The position numbers and the translations under genes are program-made. A stretch of DNA of 64,000 nucleotides from a virus (Duplodnaviria > Caudoviricetes): IMG/VR virus record IMGVR_UViG_3300042883_001293. One strand, written 5' to 3'. The notes under the pieces were generated by a model. The model saw only the letters and a list, made by a program, of their open reading frames with translations, did no database searches and was not told the origin of the DNA. Shown one piece after another: positions 37,296 through 45,876 of this stretch. The stretch's first letter is position 1; each line of letters opens with the position of its first letter.

Positions 37296-38233
37296 CTTTT
37301 ACAGAATTTGTGCTATCTCATGAGATAGTTAAGAATCCCAAAGTTAAAACAAGAACAAATACTGCTTCTCCATTTATTCAGTGGGTTGGAGGAAAACGTT
37401 CTCTGATAGAGAAATATAATCCTTTTATACCAATAGAATTTAATCGTTATTTTGAACCATTTTTGGGTGGTGGTGCAATGTTTTATCATATGCACTCCAA
37501 ATATGGAAATACAAAAGAATACTTTCTTTCCGATTTAAACGAAGAACTTATTTTAGTTTATAATACTGTAGTTTCAAATCCAAATGAAATTGTACAATTA
37601 ATTAATTACATGAGCGTAAGACACTCTAAGGAGTTTTATTATTCTGTACGCAATTATGATAGGATTGAATTGGCACCTAAGAAATATCAAAAGAATTTTG
37701 ATATTATTCAAGTTCTGACTCCAATAGAAGTTGCTGCAAGATTTATCTATTTGAATCTAACATGCTTTAATGCATTGTATAGAGTCAACAAAGATAATTT
37801 GTTTAATGTGCCAATCGGAACTTCACTTAAAAAAGACATATCTGATAATGGATTATTAAAAGCATGTTCTGAAGTTTTATGTAATGCAACAATCAAATAT
37901 CAATCTTACCAATCTATGACACCAGAGAAAGGTGATTTTGTATTTCTTGATCCACCTTATGCACCAATTTCTGCAACTTCAGATTTTACTTCTTATACTA
38001 CAGAAGGTTTTGGGTTAGAGAATCAAAAGGAGTTGAAAGAGTATTGTGATAATTTAAATTCCAAAGGTGTAAAGTTTATTCTTGCAAATTCTAACTGCGA
38101 ATTTATCCGTGAATTATATAAAAATTATACACAACACACTTTTTCATTGAATAGAACACTGAATTCAAAAAAGGAATTGAGAAAGCAAACCACAGATAAT
38201 GAGATTATGGTGACTAATTGTGACACTATTTGA
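37292..38233 (+). CDS. dam: Dam-family N6-adenine DNA methyltransferase
   Basis: WVGGKRSL, YFEPFLGGGA, FNALYRVNK..FNVP.G, FLDPPY. Confidence 0.88.
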   Translation: MTFTEFVLSHEIVKNPKVKTRTNTASPFIQWVGGKRSLIEKYNPFIPIEFNRYFEPFLGGGAMFYHMHSKYGNTKEYFLSDLNEELILVYNTVVSNPNEIVQLINYMSVRHSKEFYYSVRNYDRIELAPKKYQKNFDIIQVLTPIEVAARFIYLNLTCFNALYRVNKDNLFNVPIGTSLKKDISDNGLLKACSEVLCNATIKYQSYQSMTPEKGDFVFLDPPYAPISATSDFTSYTTEGFGLENQKELKEYCDNLNSKGVKFILANSNCEFIRELYKNYTQHTFSLNRTLNSKKELRKQTTDNEIMVTNCDTI

Positions 38234-38277
38234 ACTGTCCACTCTGCCCTCGACTCTGCCCCACTCTGCCCTATACT
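38219..38277 (+). promoter_or_regulatory. Early dyad element + -10
   Basis: tgtgacact-atttga-actgtccac; actctgccc x3; TATACT 29 bp downstream. Confidence 0.7.
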
Positions 38278-38302
38278 AAAAAGGTAATCAACGAAACGCC
38301 TC

Positions 38303-38716
38303 ATGGCAACCCGCTCCCGCATTGGTATCGAACTCGCTGATGGTTCTATTCTTTCTGCGTATTCTCATTGGGATGGTTATCCTGAATGGATGGGACGCAT
38401 TCTTCGCACTCACTATAACACCAAAGAGAAAGTAGCAGAACTGATTGATGGTGGTGATATGAGTTCTCCTTGGACTACTTCCCGTTGGGATACTAAACTC
38501 AACGAAGAGTATGGTCCCGAATACTATTCTCAACGTGGTGAGAATTGCCCTCCTCGCCTTGATGCTGATCTGGGTGAGTATCTGCTCCCCGATAATAGTG
38601 AAGAGTATGCTTATGTCTTCCGTAATGGTGAATGGGTGTGCTACAATATGAATCAGTTTGACGATTCAAAACTCCCTGAAATCGTTGAAATCCCTTCTGC
38701 TGCTCTTGCTGTTTGA
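38303..38716 (+). CDS. Conserved phage early protein (YxHWDGYP family)
   Basis: MATRSRIGI...SHWDGYPEWMG. Confidence 0.8.
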   Translation: MATRSRIGIELADGSILSAYSHWDGYPEWMGRILRTHYNTKEKVAELIDGGDMSSPWTTSRWDTKLNEEYGPEYYSQRGENCPPRLDADLGEYLLPDNSEEYAYVFRNGEWVCYNMNQFDDSKLPEIVEIPSAALAV

Positions 38717-38718
38717 TA

Positions 38719-38931
38719 ATGATTGATCAAAAACCTGTCACGATGGAATTCACTTTTGAAGAGCATGATTTTCTGAATGACATCTTGTGCCATGCATCAG
38801 ACGGAATATATGTGGCATGTCCAAATCTTCATGAAATGCCAGAAGACTCTGAAATTCGCCAACGTTTTAGAATGCTTGAACAAATGAGGCATAAATCTAA
38901 TCAACTTTGGAAAAACCGTTTTGATAAATGA
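38719..38931 (+). CDS. Hypothetical protein
   Basis: ORF. Confidence 0.6.
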   Translation: MIDQKPVTMEFTFEEHDFLNDILCHASDGIYVACPNLHEMPEDSEIRQRFRMLEQMRHKSNQLWKNRFDK

Positions 38932-39203
38932 CTATGAAATTCACTGATCTTGATTTCCATTCACACAACATTATGCCAGATGGTATTGCTGCACGACACT
39001 TTTTTCAGAATGGATATGGTATGAGCGTGGTGAGTTTTCCTGGTTCATATGGTGCCGAAGAAGGACTGTATGAGGTGGCAATTCTCAAAGGACTTGAAGA
39101 GGACTGGGAAATCTGCTATGATACTCCCGTCACGGATGATGTAATTGGTTATCAATCCGTGGAGGATATTGATAATCTTCTTTCACAAGTTGAATCTCTT
39201 TAA
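38928..39203 (+). CDS. Conserved phage protein (F.NGYG.SV...GLYEVA family)
   Basis: Motif recognised. Confidence 0.75.
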   Translation: MTMKFTDLDFHSHNIMPDGIAARHFFQNGYGMSVVSFPGSYGAEEGLYEVAILKGLEEDWEICYDTPVTDDVIGYQSVEDIDNLLSQVESL

Positions 39204-39205
39204 TT

Positions 39206-39739
39206 ATGACACAACAATTTAATATTGGTGATATTGTCACCAAAAAACATGGTAAAAAACCTGCTGAAATTGTCAGTAAAGGTTGGTATACGTCAGATTC
39301 TTGGACTTGTCGGTATCTTCATTCCAAACAATCTTTTACTGAATATGCATCTGATCTAAAACTTTACGATGAGGAAACTGAAATGACTGCTGACACTAAA
39401 ACTCTCTATTCTTTCACTGTTGATGGTGCTGTTGCCTATGGCACTCACATCGGCACTAACAGTAGCAACCAATACCTGATTGAAGAAAAAGGTACTGGTA
39501 AGATTCACGTCTTTGATAAGAAAGACCTGGAAGAAGTTGTGCCTTATACTTTCAGTGCAACTATGGGTGGTAAAGAAACCCATTATGTTGGTACTCCTGG
39601 TGCTCTGAACAAAGGTGATGTGCTACTCTACACTGGTTCCAGCACTCCCCAGGTTGCCGTGGTAACTGGTGTGGATACCAAGAACAAAAGCGCCCGATCC
39701 AAGTTCAAGGGTGCTAAACTGGTGACTGAGGCAATCTGA
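39206..39739 (+). CDS. Hypothetical protein
   Basis: ORF track. Confidence 0.75.
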   Translation: MTQQFNIGDIVTKKHGKKPAEIVSKGWYTSDSWTCRYLHSKQSFTEYASDLKLYDEETEMTADTKTLYSFTVDGAVAYGTHIGTNSSNQYLIEEKGTGKIHVFDKKDLEEVVPYTFSATMGGKETHYVGTPGALNKGDVLLYTGSSTPQVAVVTGVDTKNKSARSKFKGAKLVTEAI

Positions 39740-39786
39740 AAACTGGCACAGGGGCACTTCACAGGTGCCCTTTGATGCCTTATAAT
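39727..39786 (+). promoter_or_regulatory. Early dyad element + stem-loop + -10
   Basis: actggcaca; gggcac/gtgccc; TATAAT 30 bp downstream. Confidence 0.7.
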
Positions 39787-39809
39787 ACACAGGTAATCAA
39801 CGAAATCCA

Positions 39810-39989
39810 ATGAAACTTGTCGGTCTTGCTTTTGGTGTAATTGTCCTTGCTGTTGCAGGACTATTCTTTGAAGCATGGTTGCTTGGAGTGATTCTGTCTT
39901 GGTTTGGTGTGACACTGACATTCTGGCAGAACTTTGCCATTATCTTCCTTGCTAATCTTATTTTCAAGTCTAACGTATCTTCTAAATGA
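39810..39989 (+). CDS. Small integral membrane protein (59 aa)
   Basis: Own translation; wholly hydrophobic. Confidence 0.6.
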   Translation: MKLVGLAFGVIVLAVAGLFFEAWLLGVILSWFGVTLTFWQNFAIIFLANLIFKSNVSSK

Positions 39990-40291
39990 AACCTCTTCTT
40001 GCTATTGTAGGTGGTGTTGCTCTTCTTTGGGGTATTGCCTACCACCAACTTATCTTCACTGCGTTCTTTGGACCTAAGTTTGAGAATGTTCGCAGGAATA
40101 CTTTTGAGCAATCAAAGTCTTTCCGAACTGGTGCTGTTCAAGAACTGCAAAATATGCAGTTTGAATACATCAAAGCATCACCTGAACATAAGAAAGCACT
40201 TGCTGATATTATTCGGCATCGTGCTACTGAAGTTCCTGCCGATGCTATGCCTTCTGACCTCCAATCTTTTATCTCTAATCTTCCTAACTGA
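39986..40291 (+). CDS. Membrane-anchored protein
   Basis: N-terminal TM. Confidence 0.7.
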   Translation: MKPLLAIVGGVALLWGIAYHQLIFTAFFGPKFENVRRNTFEQSKSFRTGAVQELQNMQFEYIKASPEHKKALADIIRHRATEVPADAMPSDLQSFISNLPN

Positions 40292-40293
40292 TT

Positions 40294-40779
40294 ATGAAAC
40301 CTTTTGTTGCTCTTGCTTCAATCGCACTTTTGAGTGTAACTCTTGTTGGTTGTGAAGAATATGGAGATTCTGATGATAAGCAACGTGCTCAACAAGAACG
40401 CATTCTACAAGAAGGCACATCACAAACTGGTATGCCTGCCATCAAGAACTTTCGTGAACGCAAACTCTTGAAGCAAATTATTGAGATGCGTGACCAGGAT
40501 GGTTTGGTGACTTATACTTATACTGTTCCTGAAACTACTGGTCGTCCAGTGTTCCTGTGCAACTCTATTGGTTATGGTCTGCCTGCTGCAACACAATATA
40601 CCAGCCCAGAAAAAGTAGAGTATCAGGGAACAACTCTTCCACAGGCAGATCCTAATGGTCTCTTCTCTCCTGATAGTGCTGAAGGAACTTGGGTGATGTG
40701 TTCTGATCCTAGTGGTAGTGGTAAGACCCGCCCTGTTTATGTTGAACCTCGTATTATTGTTTCTCCCTTTAAACTCTGA
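40294..40779 (+). CDS. Lipoprotein
   Basis: Lipobox LVGC at residues 17-20. Confidence 0.7.
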   Translation: MKPFVALASIALLSVTLVGCEEYGDSDDKQRAQQERILQEGTSQTGMPAIKNFRERKLLKQIIEMRDQDGLVTYTYTVPETTGRPVFLCNSIGYGLPAATQYTSPEKVEYQGTTLPQADPNGLFSPDSAEGTWVMCSDPSGSGKTRPVYVEPRIIVSPFKL

Positions 40780-40784
40780 CTATT

Positions 40785-41192
40785 ATGCAACAAGATAATA
40801 CTATGCGTAACGCCACAATTATTGGTGTTTCGTTCATTCTCTCTCTGTTTATTATCAACGCAGTGGTTGGTCCTCTCTATAATGTGTGGGCACAATCACT
40901 ACAAGGTAAGGCAGAACTGCAAAAGGCAGAATATACTCGCCAGGTTGCAGTTCTGGAAGCACAAGCAAAGAAAGATTCTGCACAACAACTTGCTGATGCT
41001 GAGGTGATTCGTGCCACTGGTGTTGCCAAAGCAAACCAAATCATTGGTAATTCGTTGAAAGACAACCGTGAGTATCTGCAATACCTGTATATCACTGGTC
41101 TGGAAGAAGGATCCAACAAAGGTAATGTGACGATCTATGTTCCTACGGAGAATGGTCTTCCTGTGCCAACTCTCTCCTACGATAGGAAATAA
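40785..41192 (+). CDS. Membrane protein with SPFH/prohibitin-like coiled-coil tail
   Basis: TM, then AEQ/AE-rich coil, YLQYLYI...TIYVPTE. Confidence 0.6.
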   Translation: MQQDNTMRNATIIGVSFILSLFIINAVVGPLYNVWAQSLQGKAELQKAEYTRQVAVLEAQAKKDSAQQLADAEVIRATGVAKANQIIGNSLKDNREYLQYLYITGLEEGSNKGNVTIYVPTENGLPVPTLSYDRK

Positions 41193-41197
41193 ATAAT

Positions 41198-41253
41198 AAT
41201 ACCTGATTTGACCGCAATCTATCAGGATGGAGGAGAGAAATCTCCTCCTTTTT
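41198..41253 (+). ncRNA. Candidate antisense sRNA D (cognate to 41288)
   Basis: ATAAATA 41189-95; stem cctgat/atcagg; terminator ggaggaga-gaaa-tctcctcc-T5; 41203-16 complementary to 41268-81. Confidence 0.6.
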
Positions 41254-41255
41254 AA

Positions 41256-41263
41256 TATAAATA
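41256..41263 (+). promoter_or_regulatory. Late promoter TATAAATA
   Basis: Exact consensus. Confidence 0.7.
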
Positions 41264-41287
41264 TATGTGCGGTCAAATTAGAGTAGA

Positions 41288-41863
41288 ATGAAAGGCACTA
41301 TCTATTGTGTCCATTGTATTTCAACAGGAAAGAAATACATAGGACAAACAATACAAAAATTACAATACAGAATAAATGACCACTTTTGTAGGTCTTCTAA
41401 CTCACAATATAAATTCCATCGTGCTATAAAAAAGTATGGTAAAAATAACTTCATTTATGGTGTGATTGAAGAATGTGATTTTGAATTGATAAACGAAAAA
41501 GAAATGTATTGGATAAGAATTTATGATACATTTAAGAATGGATATAATAGTGATACTGGTGGAATGAATGGTAGGTTGCTTTCAGAAGAAACTAAAAGTA
41601 AAATACAAAAGAAAGCACATAAACAAAACAACCCAAGATATGGAGTAAAACTTGATAATGATTTGAAGGAAAAAATAAGAGAATCAAATGCAGATTATGA
41701 ATATTGTATAGTGGAACTTGAAAACAACATCACACATAAAACAAACAGTTTAAGAGATTTTTGTAAAAGATATGATTTAAAAAGAGCAAATCTAACAAGA
41801 ACTTTTACTGGAAAATATAAACAGCATAAAGGTTTTAGAATGGTAAGTAAGGTGCCACTTTAA
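41288..41863 (+). CDS. GIY-YIG homing endonuclease with NUMOD/HTH-like C-terminus
   Basis: GTIY...KYIGQT...R...H...E...GYN. Confidence 0.85.
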   Translation: MKGTIYCVHCISTGKKYIGQTIQKLQYRINDHFCRSSNSQYKFHRAIKKYGKNNFIYGVIEECDFELINEKEMYWIRIYDTFKNGYNSDTGGMNGRLLSEETKSKIQKKAHKQNNPRYGVKLDNDLKEKIRESNADYEYCIVELENNITHKTNSLRDFCKRYDLKRANLTRTFTGKYKQHKGFRMVSKVPL

Positions 41864-41910
41864 GAACTGGCACACTACACTCCCACAAGACCCTCCTAAT
41901 GCACTATAAT
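41851..41910 (+). promoter_or_regulatory. Early dyad element + -10
   Basis: ggtgccact-ttaaga-actggcaca; TATAAT 30 bp downstream. Confidence 0.75.
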
Positions 41911-41932
41911 ACATTCATACAAAACAAACCCA

Positions 41933-42076
41933 ATGACTGACCCACAAATCACTGACGAACAAATCAAAAAGATTTTTGAAGACTTTTGTGAGGAAGATGG
42001 TACTATGGACTTTGGAAACTTTCGTATGGCAGTAAGAAAAGTACAACATACAATCGGACAAAATGCACTCAAATGA
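41933..42076 (+). CDS. Hypothetical protein (47 aa)
   Basis: Own translation after promoter leader. Confidence 0.5.
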   Translation: MTDPQITDEQIKKIFEDFCEEDGTMDFGNFRMAVRKVQHTIGQNALK

Positions 42077-42115
42077 CCGAAGGTGGGATGCCTGTTCCCA
42101 CTTTGCAAATGAACA

Positions 42116-42174
42116 AGTGACACTTTGATTAGTGGCACACTAGGGCATCTGGAGCGATCTGAATGCCCTATAAT
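42116..42174 (+). promoter_or_regulatory. Early dyad element + stem-loop + -10
   Basis: agtgacact-ttgatt-agtggcaca; agggcat/atgccct; TATAAT 29 bp downstream. Confidence 0.75.
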
Positions 42175-42199
42175 ACTTTCATACACAAGGGAACACCCC

Positions 42200-42649
42200 A
42201 TGAGCACCACGACCTTCGCTGATTACGCTGCTGCTTCTGAGGCACGTAAGGACATTGCTGCTGCTGTTCTGTCGCATACCTATGCTCTCTGTGAGGCATT
42301 GCGCCAGAACTTCATTGATTATTCTATTCGTAGTCATCAGAAGTTTGTTGATGATGCCGATACTCATGAGTATCATCAGAAACAAATTGATAAACTGAAG
42401 CAAGGCACTTGTGATTATGATTATGATTTCTACCCTGAAACGGGTCGCAAGTATCATAAGATCATTATGAATGCGAATGGTAGCAGAAGCGTTCATTGCT
42501 TTATCGACAAGAAAACAGGACAAATTTACAAAAGCGCCAGTTGGAAAGCACCTGCCAAAGGTGTTCGGTATGATCTTCGCATTATTGAGCAACGTGAATG
42601 GTTGTTTGAGAATGCCGATTGGTCTGGTGGATACTTGTACGCAAAATGA
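42200..42649 (+). CDS. Conserved phage early protein (GRKY.KI...HCFID..TG.I.K.ASWKAPAK family)
   Basis: Motif recognised. Confidence 0.8.
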   Translation: MSTTTFADYAAASEARKDIAAAVLSHTYALCEALRQNFIDYSIRSHQKFVDDADTHEYHQKQIDKLKQGTCDYDYDFYPETGRKYHKIIMNANGSRSVHCFIDKKTGQIYKSASWKAPAKGVRYDLRIIEQREWLFENADWSGGYLYAK

Positions 42650-42713
42650 ATATGACATCAACTGATAAACTTATCTTTGTTTCTTCGTTCATTTGGTTTT
42701 TGCACTGGGGTCA

Positions 42714-43190
42714 ATGTCTGTTCTTAAAATTAGCGGATACGGTTATCACAAGCGCACCTGTGAGGATGTTGCCTCTTGGTTTCTGAATAAGTTCTTTCCA
42801 CGACATAAAATCTATGTGGAGATTGTACATCGTGGATTGAGGCGTGAGGGTGTTCATGGATGGTGCGATGTACTGGAAGGAACCTATCGCCCCAGAGAGT
42901 TCATTATTGAACTGAATACCCATATGCATGAAGAGTTGTATATAAAAACTCTTTTGCACGAACTGACGCACTTGCGGCAGTGGGTGGTGGGTTCTCTCCG
43001 CCAGAAACGTGGAAAAATGTATTATGGTAAAGAATGCGTTGAAGATATTGAGTATTGGTTTCAACCACATGAAATAGAGGCACGGGAGCAAGAAGAAACA
43101 CTATATCTGGAGTACCTGCTGGAAACACGGGGTGTGCCAGTCCCACAAGTGGTACATTTCTTTCCCAACCGCCTGCTGCAGGCAGTATAA
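42714..43190 (+). CDS. Putative zinc metallopeptidase (HEXXH)
   Basis: TLLHELTHLRQW...PHEIEA. Confidence 0.7.
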   Translation: MSVLKISGYGYHKRTCEDVASWFLNKFFPRHKIYVEIVHRGLRREGVHGWCDVLEGTYRPREFIIELNTHMHEELYIKTLLHELTHLRQWVVGSLRQKRGKMYYGKECVEDIEYWFQPHEIEAREQEETLYLEYLLETRGVPVPQVVHFFPNRLLQAV

Positions 43191-43191
43191 T
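43133..43191 (+). promoter_or_regulatory. Early dyad element + -10, wholly inside the 3' end of a CDS
   Basis: tgtgccagt-cccaca-agtggtaca; TATAAT 29 bp downstream. Confidence 0.7.
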
Positions 43192-43214
43192 TACAAGGTA
43201 ATCAACAAACGCTC

Positions 43215-43412
43215 ATGATCACACGCCAGTAAATGATTGCAAACATCGAAAAAATGGTTGAAGCAAACAAATTGTATCATTCCATGGATAATGAGGATCA
43301 ACAAGAACTTCTTGAAAATTTCTACTCTGAAGATTGTCACGGTAATATTTCTTGGGATGATTATGTGTTTTCAAATTGCTTTCTGAACGAACTCACCGAA
43401 GGTAACAACTGA
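43215..43412 (+). pseudogene. Small ORF with in-frame TAA at codon 6 (or restart at 43233)
   Basis: Leader ggtaatcaacaaacgctcATG matches other early leaders; MITRQ*MIANIEKMV... Confidence 0.45.
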
Positions 43413-43414
43413 TC

Positions 43415-43573
43415 ATGATTACCGACACCACTCAAGACAAGCAGATTCGCCGCTCTATTCTGAAAGCAGTTGAATCCATGGATCTGCGCCTGCTGCAACG
43501 TATTGCTTATGAGGTACGTTGCGAAGAAATGGGTATTTACCCTGATGGTTGGAAACTTTACCCCGAAAACTGA
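43415..43573 (+). CDS. Hypothetical protein (52 aa)
   Basis: Own translation. Confidence 0.55.
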   Translation: MITDTTQDKQIRRSILKAVESMDLRLLQRIAYEVRCEEMGIYPDGWKLYPEN

Positions 43574-43575
43574 TC

Positions 43576-43779
43576 ATGCAACTCTCTGCTCAATCTGTCT
43601 CCAAGATCGCTGATGCACTCAAACCAGCAGTGTTTGAGTACATCTATGCTGATGAAGGATTTGTTGAATATATGCAAACTGCTGTAGTTGATGCAATTCG
43701 AACCACAATGGGTGATATGGACGAAGATTTACTTTTTGAACTAGGTATGTTAATCTTTGATAGGATCGAACTGAAATAA
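43576..43779 (+). CDS. Conserved cyanophage hypothetical protein
   Basis: MQLSAQSVSKIADALKP. Confidence 0.7.
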   Translation: MQLSAQSVSKIADALKPAVFEYIYADEGFVEYMQTAVVDAIRTTMGDMDEDLLFELGMLIFDRIELK

Positions 43780-44093
43780 TGATTGAAGCACTGATTGCTG
43801 GACTTACCTGTGGTATTGCTACATACTACGGAGTAGGAGACGGATTTCATGGTCAAACAACTGCTAACGGTGAGCGGTTTGATGCTTATCATTGGACTGC
43901 AGCTCACCCTTATCTACCTATGGGCAGCAAAATTAGGGTAACGAACCAAAACAACGGAAAACAAGTAATTGTTCGTGTGAATGATCGTGGTCCATATTCT
44001 CATGCTGATTTGGATCTGTCTTATGCTGCCTTTGCTCATATTTCTTCTCCACGCAAGGGCAATGCTGTTGTTTGTTGGAGAGTCGTCGGGTGA
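43779..44093 (+). CDS. rlpA: RlpA-like double-psi beta-barrel lytic transglycosylase
   Basis: ATYYG...TTANGERFD...TAAHPYLPMGSKIRVTN...VRVNDRGPY...DLS. Confidence 0.85.
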   Translation: MIEALIAGLTCGIATYYGVGDGFHGQTTANGERFDAYHWTAAHPYLPMGSKIRVTNQNNGKQVIVRVNDRGPYSHADLDLSYAAFAHISSPRKGNAVVCWRVVG

Positions 44094-44221
44094 ACAAAGA
44101 TAAACTCTATCTTACACTCACTCTTGTTGTATTTTTTCTACTTGACATTGCAATCATAATTGGTATATTATTACACGGTAAAGCAAACTTCGCTGAACTC
44201 ATCAAACATTTGCACTCATGA
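44090..44221 (+). CDS. Small membrane protein (43 aa)
   Basis: Own translation, hydrophobic; overlaps both neighbours by 4 bp. Confidence 0.5.
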   Translation: MNKDKLYLTLTLVVFFLLDIAIIIGILLHGKANFAELIKHLHS

Positions 44222-44601
44222 AACAACTTTTCCTTGTTGCCGCAGTTCTTTTTGCAACTCCTACCGTTGCACAAACTGCACCACCAAAACCTAAAGTCTA
44301 TCGCTCCTTTGCATATGAAACTCCTTGTGTATTGGAGGCAGGACTTCAAACCTATCCTGACATTTGTAAAGTTGTCGAAACCCGTGAAACTGGCGGTGCT
44401 CTTCGCACTCGAAACATTTTCTCCAACAAACATGGTTTGACGATCAAGGGACGATTTGACAAAGAAAAAGGTTATATGACATGGGATAGTCATAACAAGT
44501 ATGAGTATAAGTGGGAGTATAAAGTCGGTGGTAATCAAGAATCTGGGGCATGGACTTATGTAATGCCTGGTTTTCTACTTCAAAACGTATCTTGGGATTA
44601 A
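44218..44601 (+). CDS. Secreted hypothetical protein
   Basis: Signal peptide-like N-terminus. Confidence 0.7.
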   Translation: MKQLFLVAAVLFATPTVAQTAPPKPKVYRSFAYETPCVLEAGLQTYPDICKVVETRETGGALRTRNIFSNKHGLTIKGRFDKEKGYMTWDSHNKYEYKWEYKVGGNQESGAWTYVMPGFLLQNVSWD

Positions 44602-44603
44602 AT

Positions 44604-44807
44604 ATGAAAGAAACCAATGTAAATCTAAATGTGCAGGAGATTGGTATTATTCTTTCTGCAATTCAAAATCTAGAAAATATAGACGAAATTCACATTGCCA
44701 GAGAATATGGAAGTGCATCGGCACTGTACAATAAACTTTACACAGTCTGGGAGCGAATGGACAGATCGGAAACTGGACTACGGTACGACGTGGTGCCCTC
44801 GTTTTGA
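44604..44807 (+). CDS. Hypothetical protein; C-terminus overprints a promoter element
   Basis: ORF. Confidence 0.65.
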   Translation: MKETNVNLNVQEIGIILSAIQNLENIDEIHIAREYGSASALYNKLYTVWERMDRSETGLRYDVVPSF

Positions 44808-44815
44808 CCTATAAT
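44757..44815 (+). promoter_or_regulatory. Degenerate early dyad + -10
   Basis: atggacaga-tcggaa-actggacta; TATAAT 29 bp downstream; leader ggtaatcaag shared with 38284, 39792 and 43197. Confidence 0.6.
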
Positions 44816-44840
44816 ACAAAGGTAATCAAGGGAACACCTC

Positions 44841-45101
44841 ATGCAAATGCCCCAACTGACCAGCAAGGACGGCAACATGATTGTTGACTTCTATCCCGTG
44901 AAGACTCCGTTTGGTGATATTTCCGAAACTTGGGTTCTTCGTTCCGTCACCTTTGCTCCGCACGGGCAAGTGTCTAAGAAGTTTCTAAACAAAGTGGAAA
45001 TGCTTCTTGATATTCGTGAGCGTATGGCATACGGTTATGCTCAAACTGGTGACAACTCAAATCTTCCCCAAATTGGAAATCCCATGGCAGGTGCTTGCTG
45101 A
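44841..45101 (+). CDS. Conserved cyanophage early protein
   Basis: MPQLTSKDGNMIVDFYPVK. Confidence 0.7.
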   Translation: MQMPQLTSKDGNMIVDFYPVKTPFGDISETWVLRSVTFAPHGQVSKKFLNKVEMLLDIRERMAYGYAQTGDNSNLPQIGNPMAGAC

Positions 45102-45250
45102 TGAAAACTTCCTACTGGTTTCTTGCGATCATAGGCATTCTGATGTGGAATGGAATGATGATCAAACGTGATCAAGAGTTATTCAAGGCATATGATAAAG
45201 TCTGTGCCGAACTGCCACAACCTCACCCCGATTGCCGTTACGCCAAATGA
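45101..45250 (+). CDS. Small membrane protein (49 aa)
   Basis: Own translation. Confidence 0.55.
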   Translation: MKTSYWFLAIIGILMWNGMMIKRDQELFKAYDKVCAELPQPHPDCRYAK

Positions 45251-45459
45251 ACAAAGACGACATTAAAGAATTCATCAGAGCATTTATGGATTTCAGTAAA
45301 CATGCCGAAGTTCAAGAAATGTATCATAATGCCAAGCAAGAATATCTGAGTTATGAACTGCGTAAGAAAGAGTCTAAAATGATCATTGAAAGTGAAATTG
45401 AACAAAAAGCAGCGGAGTTAGAGGTGACGGTTGATTATTATATGGAAGAGTTCATGTGA
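45247..45459 (+). CDS. Hypothetical protein
   Basis: Ends ELEVTVDYYMEEFM. Confidence 0.65.
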   Translation: MNKDDIKEFIRAFMDFSKHAEVQEMYHNAKQEYLSYELRKKESKMIIESEIEQKAAELEVTVDYYMEEFM

Positions 45460-45629
45460 TGAATGATCAGACCAAACTGATTTTTGCACTGATGCAGATT
45501 GATAATCTTACCTCTCTGATTGAGGGTAATGAATATCAATCTTTTCTGTATTCACACCTGATTTCAATGCAAGTTGAACTTCAACGTCAATTGACAAATC
45601 TTACACATTCGACTACAATTAAGAAGTAA
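45459..45629 (+). CDS. Hypothetical protein (56 aa)
   Basis: Own translation. Confidence 0.55.
   Translation: MNDQTKLIFALMQIDNLTSLIEGNEYQSFLYSHLISMQVELQRQLTNLTHSTTIKK
45591..45619 (+). promoter_or_regulatory. sigma70-type promoter
   Basis: TTGACA-17-TACAAT. Confidence 0.7.
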
Positions 45630-45642
45630 TTTAAAACAGAAA

Positions 45643-45873
45643 ATGAAGTATCTTTACATCGTTAACTACTGGGTTCCGTTTCCCTCTTCGGAATATGGTG
45701 GCACAATCAGTTTAATTGCAGAATCTGATATGGAAGCATTTGAGATTCTTTCCAAATCTGACGATTTTGACGATAGTTATACAGATCGCATCATGGAGCG
45801 TGTGGTGAATGCTTACAAGTTCGCTCTGGCAGATGAAGAGAAATCGCGTATTATTGATATCTTCATTACTTGA
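45643..45873 (+). CDS. Conserved cyanophage hypothetical protein
   Basis: YWVPFPSSEYGG. Confidence 0.75.
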   Translation: MKYLYIVNYWVPFPSSEYGGTISLIAESDMEAFEILSKSDDFDDSYTDRIMERVVNAYKFALADEEKSRIIDIFIT

Positions 45874-45876
45874 TAT

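Noticed and set aside
13901-41290. RNA-guided nuclease (IscB/TnpB/HEARO-like) reading of the sRNA-nuclease pairs
   Set aside because: The proteins are GIY-YIG with no RuvC or bridge helix; the RNAs are ~60 nt and complementary to their own UTR, which fits regulation better
32760-43232. TAA-to-Gln genetic code reassignment
   Set aside because: TAA is the normal terminator of many genes here (e.g. 6017, 9318, gp6), so two cases are not enough
45203-45219. Dyad-like tgtgccga-actgccaca
   Set aside because: Wrong spacing, no -10 at 30 bp, and explained by codons VCAELPQ
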